Origin: Proteromonas lacertae
Taxonomy: Eukaryota
Direction: 5' to 3'
DNA: 64,000 bases
Assembly: GCA_002245135.1 (NCBI GenBank)
Contig: NGBS01001160.1
Coordinates: 496,001 to 560,000, forward strand
Shown one piece after another: positions 1 through 12,573 of the stretch. The position numbers were made by a program, and so were the translations under genes. Position 1 is the first letter of the stretch. The number at the start of each line of letters is the position of its first letter. A model generated the notes under the pieces. It ran no database searches. It was not told the origin of the DNA and saw only the letters and a list, made by a program, of their open reading frames with translations.

Positions 1-536
1 CAGTAATGAGAAAAATATCAGCTCCTGAAAGGACTATTAATGCTTATACATGGGATCAAGTAAGAAAAGTATCATCTCCAGCTATGTTGACTCAAAGTGA
101 CACAAATACACCAATTCTTCCTGCAGTATCTGCACCAAGAGTGCCATTTATTCCAAAGAGAAAGAATAATATACCTACAGAGGAATTACAGAATTATATC
201 CCGTATTCAGACAATGAGAAAGTAAATCAACAAATGTTAAGAAAATCAACATGGAACAATGAAATTGTTTATGATCTAAATGACAAAGAGAATAGAAAGA
301 GTACTTGGCCTATTAGTAAAGCAGATGAAGATGAATTGAATGTGAAATTTTCAGGTATGAGTATACAAGGTTATAATAATGTAAATTATTATGAACCTGA
401 TGATAACTCTAACAGATTACCAGTATTTACAAAATTATCGTATGAACATAGTATTATTTCTGATTCAATATCTTATTGTCAATCTAATATATCTGAAATT
501 ACATGTGGATCAATTAATTCACCTCCTTATGAGTAA
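1..536 (+). CDS. 3' part of an unknown low-complexity (Ser/Asn/Pro-rich) protein, probably truncated by the window edge
   Basis: Open frame from the window start to TAA at 534-536. No recognisable domain. A GU-rich TGTATGTT lies at 548-555. Confidence 0.6.
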   Translation, partial: VMRKISAPERTINAYTWDQVRKVSSPAMLTQSDTNTPILPAVSAPRVPFIPKRKNNIPTEELQNYIPYSDNEKVNQQMLRKSTWNNEIVYDLNDKENRKSTWPISKADEDELNVKFSGMSIQGYNNVNYYEPDDNSNRLPVFTKLSYEHSIISDSISYCQSNISEITCGSINSPPYE

Positions 537-706
537 GTATTATCTTTTGTATGTTTACAATGTGAACATCTTATATAAGTGATGTTATAGATTGTTAATA
601 GTAATTATTTTCTATTTTACAATTATTGTTTTATTAGTGTTATGTTTTTTTGGAGAGTTTTTGTATTCTGAAACGGATATATATTTTATCTTACAAATCT
701 TTCAAA

Positions 707-1607
707 ATGTTGAGTGAAAAATTGTTAGAAGAAGAAAAAACATTTGTACCAGTCAAGAATGACGCTAAGGTGCCTATGGTATATGAATATAATAATTGTG
801 TTAGTATTCTACTGAAGATTCTTCTCATGATTGTTGTCCTAACTGTTTATCAGGATTATTAGCTGCTGTTACATGTCCTTTTATGACATTTTTTGGTTAT
901 CCTAAGGTTGTCAATGTAAATGAAGTATAAATAACGTCATTTATATTTTATAGAGTGTTGTTGTACAATATTGGGGAAAACTCTATCGTGAAATCAATAA
1001 GCCAGGTATTTATTGTTTAAATCCGATGGGAATTAAAGAAACAAGAGTGTCAACTAAATTAGAGAGTATAGATTTACCCAACGTTAAAGTGGCTGATGCC
1101 AAAGGAAATCCTGTTTTAGTTAGTGGAATTGTCAGATATCGAGTAACAAATGCAATATTAGCATCGTTAGAAGTTGAAAACTATGCGACATATATTCTTA
1201 ATCAATCACAAGCTGCAATGAAACAAATATGCTCTCAATATCCCTATATGGCTGATGAAAATAAACCATCATTAAAAGGTGAAACAAAAATGATTCAAGA
1301 TAGAATGGTTAAAACACTTCAAAACGCTGTATCTGATGCTGGAATTACTGTATTCGCATTTGAATTGACTGATTTATCATATGCTCCTGAAATTGCTTCT
1401 GCAATGTTGGTTAAACAACAAGCTGAAGCAAAAGTAGAAGCTAGATACCTGATTGTACAAGGTGCAGTTGATATTGCCTCTAAAGCCATAACTGATTTAG
1501 AAGGAAAAGGTTTGAATTTCAGTCAAGAAGAAAAAACAAGAATGGTCAGTAACTTGCTTTCTGTTATTTGTAGTGATAATAGTGTTCACCCAGTTATTGA
1601 TGTTTAA
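707..1607 (+). CDS. SPFH/Band 7 (stomatin/prohibitin-like) protein, 2 introns
   Basis: ATG at 707. Introns at about 779-804 and 925-953 join the frames. SPFH-type motifs: KVADAKGNPVLVSGIVRYRV and LTDLSYAPEIASAMLVKQQAEA. Confidence 0.9.
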
Positions 1608-1716
1608 ATATACATTATATTTCATTATATATCATTATATCTCTATGTTTTATTGTTTTTGTCATTTTAGATTTAAACAAGCCAAAACAAACATCTCATT
1701 CAATTTTATTTTGAAA

Positions 1717-2810
1717 ATGGAATCAGAAGAAGAGTATGATGGGATTTTAATTGATAAAACTACTGACCAACAATTAGTTGAAAAGAAAGCAAATAAAAAG
1801 AAGAGAAAAATAAAGAAAACAAAGAGTAATGAAGAAACAAACCCAAAGAAAGCTAAAATTGATAATAGTAACAAAGAAATTAATCAGAAAGAAAAACATA
1901 AAAGACCATTTAGAACTGTATCTCTAGCAATACCTTCAAGTATTCTTGATTCTTGTTTATCAATGGAGTTACAAACATTAGTCGTTGGACATATTGCAAG
2001 AATGGCTACTATATTTCAAATCAGTGAAATTGTTGTGTATAATGATGGAACTGCTTTACATCAGAATGGGAACAATTCCAAAGATCCAAATGCATTTTTT
2101 ATGAAAATATTACAATATATAGAAACACCATTGTATTTAAGAAGACCATTATTTCCATATCATCCAGATTTAAAATATGTTGGTGTATTATCACCAATCT
2201 ATGCACCTCACCATTTAGACGCAAACACATGGTTTGAATACAGAGAAGGAATCACAGTCCAAAAGCCAGTTCAAAGTGGCAAAATAGGAACTTATGTAAA
2301 TATTGGTTTAATGAAAGATGCATTTGTGATGAATGAAAAATTAAAGCCTGGGATAAGAGTTACATTGAAATTAGATAAAGAATGTACGTTAGAATCAAAG
2401 AAATGTATAATATATACTTTTCATATATAGATACTGGCAAATTTGTCTCACCATTAGAACCATATAAAGAGCTCAATACATATTGGGGTTATACAACAAG
2501 ATATTGTTCTACATTCCAAGATGTGTATGAAAAATGTCCTTACAAAGATGAATCTTATGATTATGTAATAGGTACATCAAGAAGTGCTGAGAAAACTATC
2601 TTAGATGATTTTGTTATACCTGAATATAAACATATGCTGATTCTATTTGGAGGTATTGAAGGAATATATGATTTAATTTCACCTATTCCTAAATGGATTA
2701 ATGAGATGATTAATATATGTCCAAACCAAGGAAGTCATATTATAAAAACAGAAGAAGCAGTTGGAATTCTATTATCCTCAATTCAAAAGTATTTACCAAT
2801 GAATAGTTAA
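1717..2810 (+). CDS. SPOUT1: SPOUT-family RNA methyltransferase (C9orf114/SPOUT1-like), 1 intron
   Basis: Motifs TVSLAIPSSIL, LQYIETPLYLRRPLFP, PHH, YREG, YWGYTTR and NICPNQGSHIIKTEEA. Intron 2405-2430. Confidence 0.9.
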
Positions 2811-2862
2811 ATATTCTTCTTTTTTAATGTTTGTATGAAATTTCTTTGTGTTTTAAAATTGT

Positions 2863-2878
2863 GGTGCTAAAAAGCACC
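2863..2878 (-). promoter_or_regulatory. Histone mRNA 3' stem-loop (GGTGCT-TTTT-AGCACC)
   Basis: The minus strand reads AACA-GGTGCT-TTTT-AGCACC-ACAA, 23 nt after the H4 stop. It has a 6-bp stem with GG/CC base, a U-A top pair, a 4-nt loop and A/C-rich flanks. Confidence 0.85.
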
Positions 2879-2901
2879 TGTTAATGTTTTTAATAAACAA
2901 T

Positions 2902-3219
<318 letters not shown>

Positions 3220-3638
3220 TTATGAGAATAAAATGAATGAAATATTCAAGAAAAATGAAAATGATTTTTGGGATGATTTTTAATCATTTACCCGTTTCAT
3301 AACGAACTACCAATTAAAATGCAAAAACATATCGATCTTTATTTTTGTTTGTTTTGTCCGTTTCATTGTTTTTTGAATCAATATTTGTGATGATGTGATA
3401 AAAACTTTAATACTTAACATCTCCATCTAATCTCATTTTGTCTATTTGGATTAATTTATTGTGTTTATTTCTTAGAATAATTCATTTTAATCTAATTCTT
3501 CTCCTTTTAATAATGAAATTATACTGTATCACTAACCAAATACTATATTCTACTATTAATTTAATCGAATCTTACCAAAAATGCACAATGAACTTTATTT
3601 AAAAATAAAGCCGTTTTAGTATTTGAAATTCATTTTTT

Positions 3639-4654
3639 ATGTATTTAAGACAATCATCAAAAGTATATACTTTTTAGACTTATATTTTATAGTCTCTAAA
3701 TGATTTATATTACAGTGATAGTGAAAGTTATTCTACTGAAACATGTATTTTTTCTGGATGTTTTTATTATTCATAGCTTTTGATTCTAATCAAGTTGATG
3801 GGTATTCAGATTATTTAAAATGGAGAAAGAATTCTAATATTAGTGATTCATCTTCAGATAATCCACAGCTAGGATTTTCAGTCAGCCTTCCAGCTTCTCC
3901 AATATGCAGTTCTATTTCAGACTCTGAGTCTATGTGTAATTCTCCGTTGGAGTTATTGGAGATAAAAGAAAATTACACAAATCGTTTAGTAATCCTAATT
4001 TAAGCTCATTTTCTCCTCTTCTATATCCTAATCTACCATTACCAACAAATTATACAGATTCCGATTCGTATATTAGTACAACAGTTAATAACTCAATGCC
4101 ATTGTTATTGACAGATGGTTCAGAAGAAGCATCACCTCTCTTATATTCTGATAATTATTCTGAATTGAATTATATATATGAAGAGATGAAACAACAGCAT
4201 CAGCAGCAACAACAACAAAGAAATAATGATAATAGTAATAATGATGAAATAGTATTAGATATAGTTCCATATCAAGTTGATTCTATAAGTAATTATTATT
4301 ATAACTACATCCAACAATGTCAGCAACATCAACAGTATTCTCCTCCTCCTCCTTCTCCTCCTGTCCATATTTTACCACCATCACCACAACTACAACCATT
4401 TCCACAACAACCAACAACAACAACATTTCAATAATAGAATTAATAATTCTATGGGATTCAAACCAAAACTAAAGTATATTTGTAAAGATTATCTGCAAGG
4501 GAAGTGTCATAGAGGTCAGCTATGTAAGTTTTCTCATTGTGTAGCAGGGATTGGTAATGTGAAATCAAATGCTGAAATCTGTAGAGATTTCTTAAAAGGA
4601 AAATGTTTTAGAGGTAAAAGTTGTAGATATTTACATACCACATATGAAATATAA
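3639..4654 (+). CDS. Tandem CCCH zinc-finger protein with a low-complexity N-terminus; about 3 introns and one apparent +1 frame break at ~4411
   Basis: Two C-x7-C-x5-C-x3-H fingers (CKDYLQGKCHRGQLCKFSH and CRDFLKGKCFRGKSCRYLH). Upstream exons are joined by short introns. The start codon is tentative. Confidence 0.7.
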
Positions 4655-4811
4655 TTAGGTCTAGTTTTTGATTTTTTTAAATAAATTTAGTTTTCTTTAA
4701 TGAGTTGTTGTAATTATCCCTTTTCATATACACAATATGATAAAGAAATTAGTTTTAATCACAAATTAATAAGCATATATATAAGTATGTATGTATATAT
4801 AAATTTACATT

Positions 4812-7800
4812 TTATATATCACTAAATTTTGTTTCAGCAGTAGTAGGTTTAACTGATCTTCTCTTCTTTTGGTATGAATAATAGAAATATACACAAATGA
4901 TCACTATCACAATTATTACAACCAAAGCTAATAGAGAAAACAATATAATAAAACCAACTGGAATATAACAATCTTCATTTACACTTTCCCAAACAGCATC
5001 ATTGTTATTCCTCCTACAAACTCTTGTTTTTGAACCTCTGTTCAAACCACCACACTTTATCTTATGTTCTTTTCCTATTTCTGTACTTGGCCATATATCA
5101 TCATTATCACAAGTCTTGATCAATACTTTCATTGATATATTTGTTGCCTATTTTACCGATTGGATTAGTTATAAATATAGTGTAATTTGTTAATTCAGAT
5201 TCAACTGAAGGAGTTCCACTAATAACTGCAGATGATGAAGAAAATGATAATCCATCTGGTACATTGGGTGATATTCCATAACTAATCCCATCTTTACCTG
5301 TAGCTACAACTAATTTAGTTGAATTAATTTCAATTGTTTTATAAAATGTCAATGATTCTTCTTGATCATATATTATTGGGGTTTCTGGAGTATTAAATGA
5401 TAAAAACATTGAAATACTATTGGATCCTTGTTCATTTTGTACTGTAAATTTATACATTTTATTACCAACAGTTTCTAAAGGTATTCCACTAATTTCACCA
5501 TTCTTATTAATTGTAATTCCACTTGGTAATTCAGGTTCAACAGTATAATTTGTCACTTCACCTGCTATTTCTAATAGTTTGAAATTATTCAACATCTTAT
5601 TTTCAGGTATTTTGACTTTTTTACTGTCAGATATAATAATTGGGTAAGTTGGTTGTTGAAATGATACTGTTATATTCTTCGATTCAACTCCATTTTCATT
5701 ACTAACAACAATTGTATAGTTACTTTCCATTACAGATAATGTTTTCTTAGTTAACTCACTGATTTTTAATTCACCATTTATATAACCAGTTTTTGAATCA
5801 AAAACTAATGATTGTGGTAACTCAGGTTCAATTGAATATGATAAATTTCTACCAGCTACAGTTAATAATGAATAATCTGTATATTTAACTTTAGAATACA
5901 TATCATAATCTTCTTTCATATCTATTACAACTGGTTCTTGATTAGATGCACAGTTTAATTCAACAGATATTTTCACTGATCCATATTGATTCACACATGT
6001 AAATAAAAATGTAGAATTAATAAAACAACTGGATGTTTTACCATAGATATATCCAATATACTTATGTAGATTAATTCCACTTGGTAATTCAGGTTCAACT
6101 GTAAATTCTAAATCACTACCAACAATTTGGAATAAATAGGCAATATCAATATATAAATCAGCATAAAATATATATTTTGATAATGATTCAATTATAACAG
6201 GCTTCATTGTACCAATAACCTCTAAATTAATAGTAAAATTAATAGATCCAATATCATTAATAACAACAAACATATAATCAATATTTTCTCTAACATAAAC
6301 ACAATTACTATAATAAACACCGACATTATTACTAATAATACATTCTGGTAAATCAGGAACAACAGTAACATTCTTAACTTGACCAGAAATAGAGAATAAT
6401 TCAATTGGTTTTTCAGAATTACCTACTACAAATATATGATTCTTTACTTGACTCAATAATATTGGTTTTGATTCACAATGATTTTCTAATTCTTTCCATT
6501 CAGGGTTCTTACCAAAAGGACATTGAAATACTCTATATCCATTAGGATCATCAATACATTTAGCTTGTACAATGGAATTGGTAATTGTTTCAGGTAAGTA
6601 TTCTGTTTTTGGACATGTATAGAATTGACAATTTACCATTCTTAATCCACCCACTGAAAAACTTCTATCATTAATATTTAATGTAAATTTAATCTGATTG
6701 ATTTGTAAATCTGAATTTAATACTTTTACACTGTAAGAATCAAAAGGATTTTCTAAATTCAATTCATCAGCTTTTGCATATTCAATCCATTCACCAGTTG
6801 ATGTTAAGATTTCAATAGTTACATTCTTAGGGAAATAATTACTTCTTGTACTACCAGCAACTATATAAAACTGATTAATTGGAACAAAAGTATTATGTCC
6901 AAAGGAATAGATAACCCAAATATTACTATATCCTATTCCAAAATTCGTTTGAGTCCAAGTATTTTCACCATCCATTATAAATGCATTAATTGCACCTCCT
7001 ACTGTCTTTGGTTCTGGATATTCTTCAATGACATTTCCACCAAAGTAATTCAAATCAGAACATTCTGATTCATCACCAAGAATACCAAATGAAACAAATC
7101 TAAAATATGGAAACACATATAGTGATGATGATGATGATGATGATATACGATGTAATTCAATAGCAACCATAAACTTACCACCTTCTATTTTATGAATTGG
7201 GAATAAGAATTGATAATAATCTTTAATTCTGTTATTCCCCAATCCACCTAAATGATTGAATATTTCATTACCATTCATGTAAAAGATAAAACCAGAAGAT
7301 AAATCTAATTTAGTAGCATATGATGAATAATCTTCAATATTTGATATAGTTATCCTCTTTCTAAGGTATAATACATCTGCCTTAATTTCAGGTATTTCAT
7401 TCAATAGAGTTTCTTGCCATTTTGTAGTGGATGATGGTAAATTCCATCCTTCTTCCTTCTCTCTGATTTTATATTCCCATTTTGAATTAATATCAATATC
7501 ATAAACCACTAAATAAATAAATATATAATATATTAATATACAATGAACAGATGTAGTAAATTCAGACATTTCATATGCTGATAATGGCATTGCATAATGA
7601 CCTACTGATATTTTATCTAAATACAACTCAAAGTAACCAGTACTCCAACCTAATTTATTGATATGAGTAGTACCATAAGTCACTTTATAATCACCTTGCG
7701 GAACACATACATAATAATCATAATTCTTATTACCATCAAATATTGAACCATCAAGTGAGAGAATCACTTTGTTATTCTTATCTTTGATTTCTATAAACAT

Positions 7801-10800
7801 ATACTGTGCTCTTGCTCTAAATGTTTTTGCAAATAAATGTAGTATTGCTTTACCGTTTTCTTCGCATTCTAATAAAATTATAATTACAATTATATATATA
7901 CTATTATCTGTTGATTTAAATGACAATGTTACTGGATCAGATTTACCATATGGATTTTCAGCAACAACAGTATAATCTTTATCTTCAAAATAATCAACAC
8001 TTGCACCTTCAAATACACCAGTCTTATTATTGAAGAATATATCATCAACTACTTCAGACGGAGTTATATTAAAGAATGTAGGATGATTTGTTACAGTTGG
8101 CTTTATATATGCAGAAGAAAATGTTTCAAGTGTATATTGAGTGGAAGTATAAGAGAGAGAAGGAGGTTTCATTACTATATTATTAATAATATATATAATT
8201 ATATATATATATATATACCTGTACTAAATGAAAACTCCATTGTACTATCTATTTTTTGATCACTATATATTTCATCATCATAATAAACAATTCCATCAAC
8301 CAATATTTTATAAAAGAAACCTTTTCCTTCTTGAAATTTACTCATATATAATATAAACTTATATTCATCTTCTTTCAAACACAATTGATATACCCAATTT
8401 GGCTTTGGTAATGAATAAATGGTAAATATTTCATTCCCTCTTGTATCTTGCAAATAGGCTTGATAATCTGCGTCATTTAATCGATAAATAAAAGTAGTCA
8501 TATGATAACCTTCTTTACAAGAATGACTAATACTTATACTATAAACTGCACTTATTCTTTCAACTATACTTACAGCATAGATAGTCAAAAAATAGGAAGA
8601 TACTTTTGTTGGATATCCTTCTATCATTTTTGTATTAGCATGATAATATAATCCATCAGGTAAATTATTACAACCAAAACTATATGGTAATCCAGAATCT
8701 ATTTTTATTATTAATTCTACATAAACACCAACTGGAAATGCTGGAGAATTATCTCTATCCACTCTTTCATGTGTTAAATTATTGTATAAATAAACTCCAG
8801 ATAATGGCTCTATATCTTCAACACTAATCTCTATATCACTAATTGCACTACTATCATCTGTAAATAGAGTAGCAATTTGATAAGTTTGAAATGGACTTGA
8901 TTGTGTTGGTTTACCTGTTATTGAACCATTTTTATTTAATACTAATCCAGTCGGTAAATCTGGTTTAACTGTATAAGATTTAACAGTCTTATCCGTATTT
9001 TTAATTGGAATATTTTGTTCAATTGTAACATTTGTATTGTATGTTACTAATGTATAATTATATTGAATCTCATTATTGGATGATATATAATATAACATAT
9101 TGTCAATATAATCATGAATACTACCACCTGACTTTTTCATCTTAATAATATCACCAGAACCACCTTCATTTACTAATAAATTAAATGTAAAATTATGATA
9201 ACCAATTTCATCTATATCAAATGTACCAGTTTTAGAAACATTCACTTCATTCATTCCACGTACAAATGCAGCTAATTTACCATCAATATGTAGAAAACAA
9301 GCATCTTTACAATTCAACTCAGCTGACCATCTTCCTGTAGATTCAAAGTGGATTAATCCTTGCCATTCCACACTATATTTTGTACTAAATTCACTCGATA
9401 ATCCAATCCAAGGTTTAGCATCAACATTGAATTCGCTATTTATAAACAACTCATGTCTTATTATTTTAACTATCAAATTATCTTTGTCATTCTTTAGTGT
9501 ATGAGATTTTTCATAATAAGATGGTATAGCAGTTTCAGAAGTATTCTTTAGTTTTGAATAATATGCAATTAATCCTTGTTTTACACTATCTACAATTTCA
9601 ATTGTTAATGTGATTTTATTGGATGTAGTATAAATATTACTACACGTTAATACATATGAAGTTTTTGGAGTGACTTTTACTGTTTTACCAAAGATTTTAA
9701 AGTCATCTAATTTTATCTCTAAACCTTCTGGTAATGCTGGTTCTGATATACATGATATCGCATTTTCTATTGCAAATTCAACTGATACTATCTCATTCAC
9801 TGTAAATGTATAATCAGTTGAACTAAAGTAAAATCCACTAACTGTAACAAACTTACCTTCTATTTATATAAATAATAAAAGTAATATAAAATATACTGTA
9901 ATAACTATCAATAGGTATTGGTTCAACTCCTGCAGCTGCATCATCTCCTCCAGAATATAAAAAATCAAATGGAAATTTTTCTTCTGCATTTGATAATACA
10001 AATAACTCATACTTATGATATCCAGCTTCTAATTCTGTAGAATTTTGAATAGTCTGTGTATAATCATGACAGAATGACTCATTTCCACCTGATTCAACAA
10101 AGTTATAAACCACATATTCATCATCAATTGAGATAGTTGACATGTAATCTGATCTTGTATAAAATGTATAAAATCCTTTATTCTTCACATTAATATAGCC
10201 AGTAATATTCATCCTGAAATTATTGTATAAGTCAAACGCATTTGGGAAGATTTTTGTGAATTTACTAATATCTGAGAAATAATCGAGGTTATTTTGCTTT
10301 ATTCCTTCAATAACATCCATAGAGATATAAAATCTATCTGGGCATTGAACCATTTGAGCTAAAGTCTCAATTACATATTTGTATCCTTTGTTATAGTCAT
10401 TTAACGAGAATGTAATTTCTATTGTATAATCTTGACTTGAAGGATAAGATGTTTTAGCTGTTATATTAACTCTATTATTAATTATATAAGAAAAAATACT
10501 TAATTGTAAAATCAGAAGGAAATACTTTCGTTGGATAGGATATTTGTAGTATACCTGTAGCTTCATTAATGGAAACACTATATCCATAATCATTTGTAGC
10601 AGGTAGTTGTACTGAATATGTAACACCTACACAATCAACAATTGGACTTAAACTAATCACTCCAGCATTTGGTGAATCAATTACCTTAGACACTGGATAG
10701 TGGAACTCTGATATTGTCCCAATAACTATTAAAAAGAAGGTAAATTAGTAAAATACTGGTAATAGCCATAGAAATATTATGAACATTTATATCATTATTA

Positions 10801-11095
10801 TCATATATACCAATTTTATATATTTGAAATTGTAAATGGCATGTAGGAGATCCATTTAGCATTAATTGTATACTTTCTTTCTCTAGACTCATTCCACATG
10901 GTAAATTAGGAGTTATAAAATATTCATTCTCATTAAAAGTATATATAGACTGACTATAAGCTCTATCTTTAAATAATGTAACATTTATATCAACTTTATT
11001 CTCTGTATATGCAAAACACAACAGATACAAATCTAAGAAGTTATAAATAATAAAGTCTTACAAATGACCAAATATTTCAACTGAAAATGATTCAT
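4812..11095 (-). CDS. Large type I membrane surface protein/adhesin (~2000 aa): signal peptide, many putative-Ig (He_PIG-like) repeats, two PA14-like domains, HormR-like Cys domains and a C-terminal TM; 7 introns and one frame break at ~5147
   Basis: ATG at 11095 gives MNHFQLKYLVIYLYLLCFA. Repeated PELPSGI...G.I.G.P.....Y.....N..G motifs. PA14-like segments NITGYINVKNKGFYTFYTRSD and WQGLIHFESTGRWSAELNCKDACFLHIDG. TM GFIILFSLLALVVIIVIVIICVYFYY followed by KKRR. ORF pieces are joined in frame by GT-AG introns. Confidence 0.85.
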
Positions 11096-11173
11096 TTTTA
11101 TTCGTTTTATTAGATTTTGGTTAAAGAACAAATTCCCCCCAAAAAAACATCAATAAATCAAAATGTAATAATT

Positions 11174-12486
11174 CTACATGATAGTACAACAAGAATTCTT
11201 AGATTTTTCTTCCTTCTTTGTTTCACTGCTCTCTGGTTTTGACACTTCTTGAGATTTTGTTGCTGTTGTATTTCCAGTTGAACTGGTTGTTTGTGGTTTT
11301 GATTCAGTCTTAGTAGCTGGTTTATCGGAAACTGAATTAGACTTTTTATCAACATTTTCATTTTCATCTTCATCTTTATATGGTTTTGAAGAAGCTTTAC
11401 CATCTAAATGAATAGTCATACAACCTCCATTTGGAACATTATCCTCATATTTAAAACTATTTTCTTTCAAATACTCTTCAAATTTGGGTTTGATCTTTCT
11501 CACATTATTCTCACTATGATGACCAGCTCCTACAATTACAACTATATCTCCTTTATAATTAATTTCCTTAAATCTCTTTTCTACCAACAACATAGCTTCA
11601 TTCACATATTGTCCATGTAAATCAAGTGTATATTTATCATTCAACAAATTATTAGCTTTGTAATAACACTCAGATGCTTGTTCATTTAATTTTTTCACCT
11701 CTTCTCTCTTCTTATTCGCTTGATCTCTTAAACTTTGGTTTTTATTTTTATCATTGTTTTTATAAGCTTCTTCTGCTTCTTTAAACAGCTTATCCATCTC
11801 ATCACCACATTTACTAGCATCATTTCTATATTTTTCACCTTCTGCTAATAATTTATTCTTCTTTTCTAAGTATTCCTTTCTTTCATTTTCACTCATTAAA
11901 TCACTTTTTGGTAGTTTATCATTTGTTATCTTGTTTTCTTCTTTTATTGCTGATTCATCAATAGATGAGGAATTTCCTGATAAATGAGCTAATATTCTTC
12001 CCTTTGTTGGTTGATTTGGCTCATTTTTTATTTTCTTAGAATCTAAACTGGATTTTACTCCATCTCCTAATTTAGATAGATTATCTCCACTTGTTCCAAC
12101 AATTATAGCTAAATCTCCACTGTCTTTTAAATGAGATATTCTTTTCTCAATTTTTTCAATTGCGTCTTTCACGAATAAACCTCTTACATCTATCAAACGA
12201 TAATCCTCTATTTCATTTGATTGGAACGGAATATCAATTCAGCCAATTTCTTCCCAAAATAATCAATCTCAACTTGACAACGATTTACTTTATCAGAAAA
12301 ATGTTTAGCTTCTTCAGATTTATCATTCTTATAACAGTCTTGGGATTGAGAAGCGAATTTGTCTTTTTCTTTATGCAATCTGTCAATGTATCCCCTTACT
12401 TCATCAGCTTTCTTCTTTAATGCATCAGCATTATTAATATCAAAACCTTCTATACTCTCTGGTATGTCTTTTCCTAAAATGCTCAT
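11174..12486 (-). CDS. Tandem DUF1771-Smr (MutS2 C-terminal-type endonuclease) protein ending in a CaaX box; frame break at ~12208
   Basis: Two Smr motifs (IDVRGLFVKDA...AIIVGTSG and LDLHGQYVNEA...VVIVGAGHHS), each preceded by a helical DUF1771-like segment. The C-terminus is SCCTIM-stop. Confidence 0.8.
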
Positions 12487-12573
12487 GAAAAATGCAAAAT
12501 GAAAAAAAACTGAAAAATGGTTAACCAAAATAATCAAACTTTAATCACCAATTTAAATAAATTCAAAAAGAAA

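Noticed and set aside
3380..3480. Possible box C/D snoRNA (GTGATGA at ~3387)
   Set aside because: No CTGA box D or terminal stem at a suitable distance.
4395..12230. A genome-wide Euplotes-like programmed frameshifting system
   Set aside because: There are only three breaks, they go in different directions, and just one has an in-frame AAA-TAG. Each is fixed by a 1-nt homopolymer change. They are reported individually as probable errors.
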